Shown here: positions 20,544 to 29,813 of the stretch, piece after piece
Numbering within the stretch: the stretch's first letter is position 1
Layout of the letters: every line of letters begins with the position of its first letter
NCBI GenBank assembly: GCA_041739985.1
Contig: JBGSMW010000022.1
Span: 1 to 64,000 of the forward strand
Reading direction: 5' to 3'
Length of the DNA: 64,000 nucleotides
Source: Draconibacterium sp.
GTDB taxonomy: Bacteria; Bacteroidota; Bacteroidia; Bacteroidales; Prolixibacteraceae
Notes under the pieces: generated by a model
What the model saw: only the letters and a program-made list of their open reading frames with translations
The model's database searches: none
Told to the model about the DNA's origin: nothing
Made by a program: the position numbers and the translations under genes

Positions 20544-21033
20544 AGATTATATTCTCGGTGTTTTTAAAGACGAGGAAAGTTTGGTTTCAGCTTTCGACAA
20601 GGTCAAGGAAAAAGGTGTTCTTCCCTTGGAGGTTTTCACGCCTTATCCGGTTCACGAAATATTGGAAGGAATGGGGAATAAAACACGAATTACGCACGCC
20701 GCGTTTTTCTATGGTGTATTTGCTGCAATCGGAATCCTTTCATTTTTAACTTACGCTGCCTCAATTAGCTGGCCATTAAATTATGGAGGGAAACCTTTCA
20801 ATTCGTTCCCTTCGTTTATTGTCGTAACCATTGTGGCAACTATACTTTCGATTACAATACTTACGCTGTTTACTTTTTCGATACGGGCAAAAATATTCCC
20901 GGGAAAGGTTCCCGAAATTTATCATGAACGTGCGACCGATGACAGGTTTGTTATGGTAATCGACAAAAAAAGTATGGGAAGTAATACCGAAGCAATCAAT
21001 TCAATAATAACTGAATATGGTGAAATTGAATAA
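20536..21033 (+). CDS. actD: alternative complex III subunit ActD (DUF3341-like)
   Basis: 165 aa. ATGAATAA start overlaps the actC stop. A soluble domain followed by TM helices. Confidence 0.7.
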   Translation: MNKDYILGVFKDEESLVSAFDKVKEKGVLPLEVFTPYPVHEILEGMGNKTRITHAAFFYGVFAAIGILSFLTYAASISWPLNYGGKPFNSFPSFIVVTIVATILSITILTLFTFSIRAKIFPGKVPEIYHERATDDRFVMVIDKKSMGSNTEAINSIITEYGEIE

Positions 21034-21649
21034 AACTGACTTTTTTAGAATGAACGATATGAATAGAGTAATAAATTATATAACAGGCATAAAAAGAATA
21101 CTGAAAACATTCGCATTGATTGGTTTTGCAGCAGTATTACTTTCATCATGCGATTATAACCGGCGCACAACAGGTTGGGATTATGCCGGCGATTTGATAA
21201 ACTCTAATGCGTACGAAACTTATACTGAAAACCCAGTCTTTAAAAATGGAAGAACTATGCAACCTCCTGTTGAAGGTACAATCCCAAGGGGTTTTATGCC
21301 TTATCCGTATCAAAAAACGGATGAAGACAGGGCACTTGCTGCACAAAATTTGGTAAACGAACTCGCAAATACGCATGAAAACCTCGAACGCGGGAAAGTT
21401 GCCTATGGAATTTATTGTATGCAATGTCATGGCGAAAAAGGAGACGGGCAAGGTTCTTTGTATGTGAACAAGAAATTTAACTATCCTCCGGGAAATTTGT
21501 TGAGCGAAAAAATGAGGGCGAATACCGAAGCAGATATTTACCACGTAATTACTGTGGGTTGGGGAATTATGGGCGAACATGGCTCGATGATTACGCCAGA
21601 CGATAGGTGGAAAATCGCAATGTATCTTAAACAAGAATTACAGAAATAA
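21017..21649 (+). CDS. actE: alternative complex III subunit ActE, monoheme cytochrome c
   Basis: 210 aa. Single CMQCH heme motif and a lipoprotein-like signal (..LLSSC). Start may be the later Met at ~21050. Confidence 0.75.
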   Translation: MVKLNKTDFFRMNDMNRVINYITGIKRILKTFALIGFAAVLLSSCDYNRRTTGWDYAGDLINSNAYETYTENPVFKNGRTMQPPVEGTIPRGFMPYPYQKTDEDRALAAQNLVNELANTHENLERGKVAYGIYCMQCHGEKGDGQGSLYVNKKFNYPPGNLLSEKMRANTEADIYHVITVGWGIMGEHGSMITPDDRWKIAMYLKQELQK

Positions 21650-21681
21650 AAAATTGTAAGGACTTAAAAAAACGGACGGTT

Positions 21682-22842
21682 ATGAAAGACCAAATCACTA
21701 TATCAAAAAATTTTAAACTGCTGACTTACATTTTAATTGGGATTGGCGTGGTTTCATTTGCGCTTGGTTTTGTTTTCGATGCAAAACGCACATGGGCAAA
21801 TTACCTGCTAAACAACTATTATTTTTTGTCGATTGCCATTGGTGCAGCTTTTTTTGGAGCCATACAGTATATCACCAATTCGGGGTGGTCGGCAGTATTT
21901 AAAAGAATTCCTGAAGCAATGTCAGCATACATTCCGTTTGCAGGAGTTTTCTTTTTGATAATGTATTTTGGAATGCATTCAATTTTTGAGTGGACTCACG
22001 AAGAAGTTATATTGAATGATCATTTAATTCAACACAAAGCACCGTATTTGAATGTACCGTTCTTTTTTATGAGAGTGATCGTATTTTTTGCAGCCTGGAC
22101 ATTTTTTTCAAAAGTACTCCGGAAATTTTCGTTAAAGGAAGACGAAGTAGGTGGGTTACATTATTTTGAAAAATCTGAATTATACTCAAAGATCTTCATT
22201 TTTATTATCGCAATCACTTTTTCACTTTTTGCGATTGATATGCTGCTTTCGCTCGATCCGCACTGGTTTAGCACCTTGTTTGCTGCCAAAAGTTTTATAG
22301 CAGCATTTTTGCATGGTTCTTCAATAATAACACTCATTGTAATTATATTAAACCGAACCGGGAATTTTGATATTTTAAACCGGAGTCATTTGCATGATTT
22401 TACCCGCTATATTTTTATGACAAGCATTGTTTGGGGCTATTTTAATTTTTCAGAATTCATGCTTATTTGGTACGGAAATATCCCCGAGGAAACAGTTTGG
22501 TTTGTTGAACGCTGGCAAGGTGCCTACAAAGTTTTGTTTTTTGTTAACATTATTTTGAACTGGTTTATACCATTTATAGTTTTAATGCCAAGGAAAACAT
22601 CGCGTAGTAAATTAACAATCTTTCCGGTAATACTGATTTTGATGATTGGTCAATATACCGAGTTGTACTACATCATTTGGCCAAACGTGGTGCATGAAGC
22701 CAAATTCGGCTTACTTGAGATAGGTACTTTTGCAGGTTATGTTGGAATTTTCTCTCTCATTGTTTCAACCTGGCTGTCAAAAGCAAGTTTGGTTCCTAAA
22801 AACCATCCATATCTGCAGGAGAGTTTACATCATCATTTTTAA
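21682..22842 (+). CDS. actF: alternative complex III subunit ActF (NrfD-like membrane subunit)
   Basis: 386 aa polytopic membrane protein, the last gene of the act cluster. Confidence 0.75.
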   Translation: MKDQITISKNFKLLTYILIGIGVVSFALGFVFDAKRTWANYLLNNYYFLSIAIGAAFFGAIQYITNSGWSAVFKRIPEAMSAYIPFAGVFFLIMYFGMHSIFEWTHEEVILNDHLIQHKAPYLNVPFFFMRVIVFFAAWTFFSKVLRKFSLKEDEVGGLHYFEKSELYSKIFIFIIAITFSLFAIDMLLSLDPHWFSTLFAAKSFIAAFLHGSSIITLIVIILNRTGNFDILNRSHLHDFTRYIFMTSIVWGYFNFSEFMLIWYGNIPEETVWFVERWQGAYKVLFFVNIILNWFIPFIVLMPRKTSRSKLTIFPVILILMIGQYTELYYIIWPNVVHEAKFGLLEIGTFAGYVGIFSLIVSTWLSKASLVPKNHPYLQESLHHHF

Positions 22843-22862
22843 CATATAAGAAATAGTCAGTG

Positions 22863-22903
22863 TGCAGTTCCTGATAAAGATGGATACAAACTGCAATTTT
22901 TAC
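22863..22903 (+). terminator. putative terminator after actF
   Basis: Stem tgcagtt / aactgca (22863-69 / 22889-95) with a 19-nt loop, followed by atttttac. Confidence 0.4.
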
Positions 22904-23031
22904 GGTGAAGTGTGATTGTAAAAATGCTGTTCAACATAATTTGTAAAAAAAGCACGGTTTTGGTGGATTCGATGTTTTGATTGTTCTGTTTAATGCTATA
23001 CATTTATAGCATTAACTTTTATACCAATCCA

Positions 23032-23628
23032 ATGTTTATCAATTCAATTCTTCCCAATTGGTCCGAAGTAGGAATCTTCGAACAGGTTTTCTGGATAATT
23101 ACAATCCCTGCAACAGTTATTTTTCTGATTCTGTTGTCGCTAACCATTTTTGGTAGTGATGCCGATGTAGATGTTGACACAGATGTTGACGGTGACATTT
23201 CGGATGGCGATTCAATACCATTCCAGTTTTTATCGCTAAAGAATATTGTGGCATTTTTTGCTGTTTTTGGCTGGTCGGGGATTGGTTTTATCAATGCAGG
23301 TCTTGCTTCGTGGCTTGTAATCTTGATTGCATTTATTTGCGGATTACTAATGATGGTTTTGATGGCTTCACTTTTCTATTTTATGTCGAAACTTGCTGAA
23401 AGTGGAACATTAAACATGAAAAATGCTGTTGGCAAACTTGGTGAAGTTTACCTTGTTGTTCCCGGAAATCGCGCCGGAATGGGAAAAGTACAGCTAAATG
23501 TGCAAGGTTCACTGCGCACACTAGATGCAATTACCGATGAAATGGAAAGCATTTCAACTACTTCAATCATTGAGGTACTGGCGGTAATCGACGACCAAAT
23601 TCTTCTTGTAAAAAAACAAGGGAAATAA
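23032..23628 (+). CDS. YqiJ/NfeD-like membrane protein (NfeD OB-fold partner of flotillin)
   Basis: TM helices, then the acidic 'GSDADVDVDTDVDGDISDGD' stretch typical of YqiJ-type proteins, then further TM helices and a C-terminal beta-rich domain. The ORF track starts at 22981; Met at 23032 is the likelier start. Confidence 0.6.
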   Translation: MFINSILPNWSEVGIFEQVFWIITIPATVIFLILLSLTIFGSDADVDVDTDVDGDISDGDSIPFQFLSLKNIVAFFAVFGWSGIGFINAGLASWLVILIAFICGLLMMVLMASLFYFMSKLAESGTLNMKNAVGKLGEVYLVVPGNRAGMGKVQLNVQGSLRTLDAITDEMESISTTSIIEVLAVIDDQILLVKKQGK

Positions 23629-23690
23629 TCTTCAACTAATTTTTTCTTTGTCTTGATACTTGAATCTATTAATCTAAAATCTATATTAAA

Positions 23691-25109
23691 ATGAACAATT
23701 ATTTTGTTATCCTGATTAGTATTGCTGCACTCTTTGTGTTTATTATTATTGTTGCAATGATGCGGCGTTACAAACGCTGTCCCTCCGACCGAATCCTTGT
23801 TGTTTATGGTAAAATTGGCAAAGGTGCCGATCGTGAATCACGTTCAGCCAAATGTATTCACGGTGGTGCGGCTTTTATCTGGCCAATCATCCATTCATAT
23901 GCATTCCTTGATTTAACGCCAATTTCAATAGAGATTAATCTGAGGAGTGCCTTGAGTAAACAAAATATCCGGGTTGATGTTCCTTCACGTTTTACTGTTG
24001 GTATTTCAACCGAACCAAACATTATGAACAATGCTGCTGAAAGACTTCTCGGTTTAACGCAGGAATCAATAAGTAATCTGGCAAAAGATATCATCTTCGG
24101 GCAGTTGCGTTTGGTTGTGGCAACTATGGACATTGAAGAAATCAACAGTAACCGTGATAAGTTTTTGGCTGCTGTTTCATCGAATGTGGAAGCCGAATTG
24201 AAAAAAATTGGCTTAAAACTGATAAACGTAAACGTAACCGACATCAACGATGAGTCGGGTTATATTGATGCACTTGGAAAAGAAGCTGCTGCAAAAGCAA
24301 TTAATGATGCCAAGAAAAGTGTGGCTGAAAAAAATCGCGATGGAGAAATTGGACAGGCAAATGCACACCGTGAGCAGCGTGTTGAGGTTGCAAGTGCCGA
24401 TGCAACAGCTGTTGAGGGTGAAAACATTGCTAAAGTAACAATCGCTAATTCAGATGCTGACCGCCGTGAAAAGGAAGCCGAAGCAAACAGAAGAGCTGTT
24501 GCAGCCGAAAAAGTTACCGATGCTCAGGCTTTGCAGGAAGCTTATGCTGCAGAAAAACTGGCCGAACAGGTTCGTGCCGAAAGAGACAAAGCTACGCAAA
24601 CTGCGAATATTGTGGTTCCAGCCGAAATTGATAAGCAAAAAGTGGAAATTGATGCTGAAGCAATTGCCGAACAAACCCGAAGAATTGCAAAAGGTGAAGC
24701 CGATGCAATATTTATGAAAATGGCTGCTGAAGGAAAAGGTATATACGAAATACTTAGCAAACAAGCCGAAGGTTTTGACCATTTGGTTAAAGCCGCCGGA
24801 AACGATGCGCAAAAAGCTGTTTTGATGATGATTGCCGATAAATTACCAGAGCTTGTTAAAACCCAGGTGGAAGCTATTAAAAATATCAAAATCGATAAGG
24901 TTACGGTTTGGGAAACCGGAAACGGAAAGGACGGAAAAACTTCGACAGCCAATTTTATGCAGGGAATGTTGGGTTCAATCCCGCCACTCGATGATATTTT
25001 TAAATCGGCAGGAATGGAATTACCAAATTATCTGAAAGGGCAAGTAAAAGATGAAACTTCAGGAGAGAGTTCCAAAATAAAAAAGGAAGAGCCAAAGGAT
25101 TTGAAATAG
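23691..25109 (+). CDS. flotillin / SPFH (band 7) domain protein (YqiK/FloA-like)
   Basis: 472 aa. N-terminal TM, SPFH-like region, then a long Ala/Glu-rich coiled coil ('EAEANRRAVAAEKVTDAQALQEAYAAEKLAEQVRAERDKA'). It sits directly after the NfeD-like gene. Confidence 0.75.
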   Translation: MNNYFVILISIAALFVFIIIVAMMRRYKRCPSDRILVVYGKIGKGADRESRSAKCIHGGAAFIWPIIHSYAFLDLTPISIEINLRSALSKQNIRVDVPSRFTVGISTEPNIMNNAAERLLGLTQESISNLAKDIIFGQLRLVVATMDIEEINSNRDKFLAAVSSNVEAELKKIGLKLINVNVTDINDESGYIDALGKEAAAKAINDAKKSVAEKNRDGEIGQANAHREQRVEVASADATAVEGENIAKVTIANSDADRREKEAEANRRAVAAEKVTDAQALQEAYAAEKLAEQVRAERDKATQTANIVVPAEIDKQKVEIDAEAIAEQTRRIAKGEADAIFMKMAAEGKGIYEILSKQAEGFDHLVKAAGNDAQKAVLMMIADKLPELVKTQVEAIKNIKIDKVTVWETGNGKDGKTSTANFMQGMLGSIPPLDDIFKSAGMELPNYLKGQVKDETSGESSKIKKEEPKDLK

Positions 25110-25153
25110 GAAAATTCTGTGTCCAAGAAAGTAAATGGGCAGACGTTTTAGTT

Positions 25154-25238
25154 GAATGGTGAGGTTTTAATGAATTGGTGTTTACGTGATAGAAATACTC
25201 ATGCCACAAACCCCAAAAATTTAAAACTTCACCATTTC
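25154..25238. repeat. 17-bp inverted repeat separated by ~50 nt (potential long hairpin) downstream of the flotillin gene
   Basis: gaatggtgaggttttaa at 25154-25170 pairs with ttaaaacttcaccattt at 25221-25237 (16/17). Confidence 0.5.
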
Positions 25239-25316
25239 TGTAATCAAAACTCACGATTAGATACAATCAAAAGTATCATGAAGTATTTAATTAAAATTCA
25301 AGTAAATATATTTTAG

Positions 25317-25368
25317 GTTGTAACAAAGTCAACCCGGATTATTTATTATGTTGCAACAAAGTCAGGGC
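25317..25368. promoter_or_regulatory. two 19-bp direct repeats (candidate operator) upstream of the ABC transporter genes
   Basis: gttgtaacaaagtcaaccc (25317-25335) and gttgcaacaaagtcagggc (25350-25368), spaced 33 bp apart, 140-190 nt upstream of the ATG at 25506. Confidence 0.35.
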
Positions 25369-25505
25369 AGTTTTAATTTTTTCTGAAAAAATCTGAGAAA
25401 AAGGGATTAAAATATCCGGAGAATAAAGTCATTGTTAATATTTCCTCATTCTATTACAGATATTGAAATCAAACTTGTAATTTGGCATTTTAAATCAATA
25501 CAAAT

Positions 25506-26441
25506 TTGCAAAAACCTATGGATTTTTTTAAAGCGACAAATGTGAATAAAGTTTTTGCCGATACAAAAGCATTAACCAACGTAAGCATTTCGGTGAACGA
25601 ACAGAGCATATTTGGATTGCTCGGCCCCAATGGAGCGGGTAAAACAACGTTAATTCGAATTATCAACCAGATTACGGCCCCTGACAGTGGAGAAGTTTTT
25701 CTTGCAGGAAGAAAAATGACACGCGCTGATATTGGCCAAATTGGTTATTTGCCCGAAGAAAGGGGACTTTACAAAAAAATGAAAATAGGGGATCAGGCGA
25801 TTTATCTTGCCCAATTAAAAGGAATGAGCCGTCACGATGCCATTAAAAACCTAAAGATCTGGTTTGAAAAATTCGATATAATGACGTGGTGGAACAAAAA
25901 TATCGAAGAACTATCAAAGGGGATGCAGCAAAAAGTTCAGTTTATTACAACAATTGTACACAAACCCAAACTGTTGATTTTTGATGAGCCATTCAGCGGT
26001 TTTGATCCAATAAATGCAAATCTTTTAACACAGGAAATCCTGCAATTGCGTGATGATGGGGCGACAATTATTTTCTCGACCCACAATATGGGATCGGTAG
26101 AAGAATTGTGCGATCACATTGCACTTATCAATAAATCAGTAAAAATTGAAGACGGGCCAACTGATGAAATCCGTGAAAAATACAAATCGAATATTTTTGA
26201 GGTAAAATATAAAGGTGATTTTGCGATGGTGAACAATGCTTTAAGCCAACAAATTAAGGTTTTAAGTCATATTGAAAATAGTCGTGAAAATCAAATTACT
26301 GTTCAAAATATTAATGGAAAATCAAACAACGAATTAATAAAATCCCTAATTCCTGTTGCCGAAATTTTGTCGTTTGAAGAGAAAATACCAAGTATGAATG
26401 ATGTATTTATAAAAGCGGTTGGAGATTCTAATAAGAAGTAG
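25506..26441 (+). CDS. ABC transporter ATP-binding protein (ABC-2 type)
   Basis: 311 aa. Walker A 'GPNGAGKTT', signature 'LSKGMQQK', Walker B 'LLIFDEP', H-loop 'STHNM'. Confidence 0.85.
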   Translation: MQKPMDFFKATNVNKVFADTKALTNVSISVNEQSIFGLLGPNGAGKTTLIRIINQITAPDSGEVFLAGRKMTRADIGQIGYLPEERGLYKKMKIGDQAIYLAQLKGMSRHDAIKNLKIWFEKFDIMTWWNKNIEELSKGMQQKVQFITTIVHKPKLLIFDEPFSGFDPINANLLTQEILQLRDDGATIIFSTHNMGSVEELCDHIALINKSVKIEDGPTDEIREKYKSNIFEVKYKGDFAMVNNALSQQIKVLSHIENSRENQITVQNINGKSNNELIKSLIPVAEILSFEEKIPSMNDVFIKAVGDSNKK

Positions 26442-26485
26442 AGCCCCCTCCAGCTCCCCCAAAAGGAGAGAGAAAAGAAAAAAAT
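26442..26485. repeat. solo GC-rich repeat end (family shared with 44951 and 54233 elements)
   Basis: Immediately after the TAG stop: 'agccccctccagctcccccaaaaggagagagaaaagaaaaaaa'. Same 'AGCCCC..CTCCCC..GGAG..AGAAAGAAAAAA' pattern as at 44951. Confidence 0.55.
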
Positions 26486-26498
26486 TAAAACCAAAGAG

Positions 26499-27839
26499 AT
26501 GAATAAAACGCTGATCATATTAAAAACTGAATACCTGAAAAGGGTTAAAAAGAAGTCATTTATAATACTGACATTACTGGTTCCCTTTTTATTTGCGGGT
26601 ATGTTTGCGCTAATTATATTTTTATCAATTAACAATGATAAAAAAGAGCGAACAATTGCAGTTTTCGATGAATCTTCGTTATTCCTAAACCAATTTAATC
26701 AGGAAGGATTGACAAAATATAAATTCATTCCAAAAGAGGAATATGAAACGTTGAAAGGCAATTTAAAAGGAAGCGATTATTATGCGTTGCTTTATATTCC
26801 GCAGGACATTTACTCCAATAACTTTGCCCAGTTGATATCGGAAAAGCAGGTGCCTTTTGAACTAAATGAGCAAATTGAACGAAAACTAAGCCAGCACATC
26901 GAGAAAGATAAAAGGCAAAAAGTAATTGATGAAACCGGTATTTCCGATCTGGAAGAACGGTTGGCAGCCACAAAAACCTGGATAAAACTAAACACACTGA
27001 AAATTTCAGAAACCGGTGAAACACAAAAAAGCTCTTCTGTAATTGCTTTTATTGCAAGTTATGCCATGGGAATTATCATCTACTTTTTTGTTTTTATGTA
27101 TGGCGCAATGGTAATGCGAGGTGTAATGGAAGAGAAAAAAAGCCGCATAATCGAAGTAATTATTTCATCGGTAAAACCGTTTGAGTTGATGGCGGGTAAA
27201 ATTATTGGAACGGCTTTGGTTGGATTAACCCAGGTTGGTATTTGGATAGTACTTGGAATTGTTGTGTTGGTTGGTGTGCAGGGGTTTTTCTCTCCAGAAT
27301 CGGCGCAACAAATGGGGCAAAGCATAATGGAAAGTCAGCAGCAAATGAATCCTGCAATGTCGCAGGCTGCCGAAACAAACAAAGTAATGGAAGTTATGGA
27401 AATGATCGGGAACTTGAACATTCCGCTTATCCTGTTTTGTTTTGTATTTTATTTTCTGGTTGGATATCTGATGTACAGTTCACTTTTGGGCGCAGTAGGT
27501 GCGGCGGTTGACAACGAAGAAGATTCGCAGCAAATGGTTTTTCCTGTTACTTTTCCACTCATTCTTTCTATTATGGTGCTTTTCCCAATTGCTAGAAACC
27601 CTGAAGGCCCGGTTGCATTCTGGTTTTCAATCATTCCACTTACTTCACCTGTGGCAATGATGGCACGAATACCCTACGGTATTCCAACATGGGAATTGTT
27701 ATTGTCGATGTTTTTATTGGTTTTGACAACCGTTGGCGCTATTGCCGCGGCTGCTAAAATTTATCGTATCGGGCTACTTATGTATGGCAAAAAAGTAAAT
27801 CTCAAAGAATTAATTAAATGGCTCAGGTATAAAAATTAA
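26499..27839 (+). CDS. ABC-2 family transporter permease
   Basis: 446 aa. N-terminal TM, a large extracytoplasmic loop, then ~5 C-terminal TMs. Adjacent to the ABC ATPase. Confidence 0.75.
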   Translation: MNKTLIILKTEYLKRVKKKSFIILTLLVPFLFAGMFALIIFLSINNDKKERTIAVFDESSLFLNQFNQEGLTKYKFIPKEEYETLKGNLKGSDYYALLYIPQDIYSNNFAQLISEKQVPFELNEQIERKLSQHIEKDKRQKVIDETGISDLEERLAATKTWIKLNTLKISETGETQKSSSVIAFIASYAMGIIIYFFVFMYGAMVMRGVMEEKKSRIIEVIISSVKPFELMAGKIIGTALVGLTQVGIWIVLGIVVLVGVQGFFSPESAQQMGQSIMESQQQMNPAMSQAAETNKVMEVMEMIGNLNIPLILFCFVFYFLVGYLMYSSLLGAVGAAVDNEEDSQQMVFPVTFPLILSIMVLFPIARNPEGPVAFWFSIIPLTSPVAMMARIPYGIPTWELLLSMFLLVLTTVGAIAAAAKIYRIGLLMYGKKVNLKELIKWLRYKN

Positions 27840-28016
27840 GTTTCTGAAAACAATTTAAATTTAATGTTGTTTATGTTTTTGATTTTTAAACAAGAAGTCA
27901 CAATAAATAATATGAAAATCACAATATTAAATAATTACATGTGTTGCTGTTTTAGCAGGAAACAGGAAAGTGTTTTTCAGATTGTTTAAATGAGAATATT
28001 CAATAACCAAATAAAT

Positions 28017-28052
28017 GAAAGGCTTTCCTAAAATGGGGAGCCTTTTTATTTT
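28017..28052 (+). terminator. rho-independent terminator-like hairpin between the ABC operon and cysK
   Basis: aaaggctttcc / ggggagccttt stem (with G-U pairs), loop taaaat, followed by ttttatttt. Confidence 0.5.
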
Positions 28053-28073
28053 AACCGATTTTAAAATTAAATT

Positions 28074-28985
28074 ATGAGAGCAAAAAACATTTTGGAGACC
28101 ATTGGCAACACACCACATGTGCGACTTAACCGTTTATACCCAGCCGATTATGAAGTATGGGTAAAAGTTGAAAAAACAAATCCAGGAGGAAGTATTAAAG
28201 ACAGGATAGCACTTTCGATGGTGGAAGATGCGGAGAAAAGAGGAATTATTAAAGAAGGTTCGGTAATTATTGAACCTACTTCAGGAAATACAGGCATTGG
28301 GCTGGCGCTTGTTGCAGCAGTAAAAGGGTATCGTTTAATTTTAACAATGCCAGAATCGATGAGTATCGAACGCAGGAAAGTATTATCGGCACTGGGTGCT
28401 GAGCTGGAACTCACACCAAGAGAAAAAGGAATGAAAGGCGCCATTGCCAGAGCTGAAGAATTGGCTTCAGAAATCGAAAACTCCTGGATTCCGCTGCAAT
28501 TTGATAATCCGGCAAATGTTGATGTTCACCGTAATTTTACGGCACAGGAAATTCTCAATGATTTTCCGGAAGGTTTTGATTACCTGATTACCGGAGTTGG
28601 AACAGGTGGACATATCTCGGGCGTAGCTGAAGTTCTAAAACAAAGTTTTCCAAATATTAAAGTATTTGCTGTTGAACCTGAGGCCAGCCCGGTTATTGGA
28701 GGTGGGCAGCCCGGACCGCACCCGTTACAGGGAATTGGAGCAGGTTTTATCCCAAAAAATTTACACACTGAAATACTTGACGGTACAATTGAAGTTGGTA
28801 AAGATGAGGCATTTGAATATGCCCAGAAAGCTGCCAAACTCGAAGGATTGTTTGTTGGAATTTCATCGGGAGCTTCTTTGGCTGCAGTAGCAAAAAAGAT
28901 AAAAGAATTGCCCAAAGGTTCACGGATTCTAACTTTTTCGTATGACCACGGCGAACGATATTTGTCGGTTGACGGGTTGTTTTAA
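28074..28985 (+). CDS. cysK: cysteine synthase (O-acetylserine sulfhydrylase), PLP-dependent
   Basis: 303 aa. PLP-lysine block '[14 protein letters not shown]'. Glycine loop '[11 protein letters not shown]'. Confidence 0.85.
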   Translation: MRAKNILETIGNTPHVRLNRLYPADYEVWVKVEKTNPGGSIKDRIALSMVEDAEKRGIIKEGSVIIEPTSGNTGIGLALVAAVKGYRLILTMPESMSIERRKVLSALGAELELTPREKGMKGAIARAEELASEIENSWIPLQFDNPANVDVHRNFTAQEILNDFPEGFDYLITGVGTGGHISGVAEVLKQSFPNIKVFAVEPEASPVIGGGQPGPHPLQGIGAGFIPKNLHTEILDGTIEVGKDEAFEYAQKAAKLEGLFVGISSGASLAAVAKKIKELPKGSRILTFSYDHGERYLSVDGLF

Positions 28986-28999
28986 TGAACTACAGTTGT

Positions 29000-29034
29000 A
29001 GTGAGGGTTTCACTTGAAGTGAAGCCCTCACTGT
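29000..29034. terminator. strong near-perfect palindrome/hairpin between convergent cysK and hepT (bidirectional terminator candidate)
   Basis: Stem 'agtgagggtttcac' (29000-13), loop ttga, stem 'agtgaagccctcact' (29018-32): ~14 bp with one G-U pair. No clean U-tract on either side. Confidence 0.45.
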
Positions 29035-29379
29035 TTATAGTGAATCTATTATTTTCTGAATTTTGTTCTTGAAGTCTTGCAAATCTTCCGAAATAGTATT
29101 CCATATAATAGAATCACTGATTTGATAGTAGTCGTGTACCAAAATATGACGCAACCCAATAATTAAATTCCATTCAATATTAGCATTGTCATTTCTTAAG
29201 TCCATAGTTAAAAGATTGGAAGCCTCTCCAATAATTTCAAGGTTTTTAATAACAGCAAACTTCATCATTTTATTTGCGACAAAATCTTCAAAATGCATAT
29301 TGGCAGTGAAATCAAAAATATTATCGATTGATTCGATGATATGATTTAATCTTTCTTTATCCCTAATCTTTTCTCTCAT
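29035..29379 (-). CDS. hepT: HepT-like (DUF86) RNase toxin of a HepT/MNT module
   Basis: 114 aa. Rx4HxY active-site motif 'RHILVHDY'. Overlaps the upstream MNT gene by 17 nt. Confidence 0.75.
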   Translation of the reverse strand: MREKIRDKERLNHIIESIDNIFDFTANMHFEDFVANKMMKFAVIKNLEIIGEASNLLTMDLRNDNANIEWNLIIGLRHILVHDYYQISDSIIWNTISEDLQDFKNKIQKIIDSL

Positions 29380-29659
29380 AAATCAAAATTTTGTCTTTCT
29401 CGAAACTACTTTTGGCAAAATTCTTAAGCTGTCCTTCTTCAACTAAATCAACTTTCTTCCCAGTAAGTTCTTCGAGTTTGTTTTTTAATTTGATATAATA
29501 GAAAAGAGTTATTTTTTGATTTTTTGAAAATTGTACTAGTAAATCAATATCACTGTTTTCATCTTCTTCATTACGCGAGAATGAACCAAAAACCCAGGCT
29601 TTGTCAATATACTCATGGCTTAGGTAAACATTGATTTTTTGAAATAGTGAATTATCCAT
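29363..29659 (-). CDS. mntA: MNT-type nucleotidyltransferase antitoxin
   Basis: 98 aa. 'GSFSRNEEDENSDIDLLV' matches the GSx(9-10)DxD nucleotidyltransferase motif. Confidence 0.75.
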   Translation of the reverse strand: MDNSLFQKINVYLSHEYIDKAWVFGSFSRNEEDENSDIDLLVQFSKNQKITLFYYIKLKNKLEELTGKKVDLVEEGQLKNFAKSSFEKDKILIYERKD

Positions 29660-29813
29660 AATTCAAAAGTACAAATTATTTAAAATTATAGTATTTGAAT
29701 ATTGAATTGCTTTTAAAACGTCGCAATTTATTTCACCAGATAACTTTTATTTCACCCGGTGACAGAAAGTCATCGGGTGAAATTTCTAAAGTATTTTTAA
29801 TGAACTCTTTTTT

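Noticed and set aside
25506-27839. gldA/gldF/gldG gliding-motility ABC transporter
   Set aside because: The ATPase is GldA-like in size, but the permease is a single 446-aa ABC-2 protein rather than separate GldF and GldG. Kept as a generic ABC-2 exporter.
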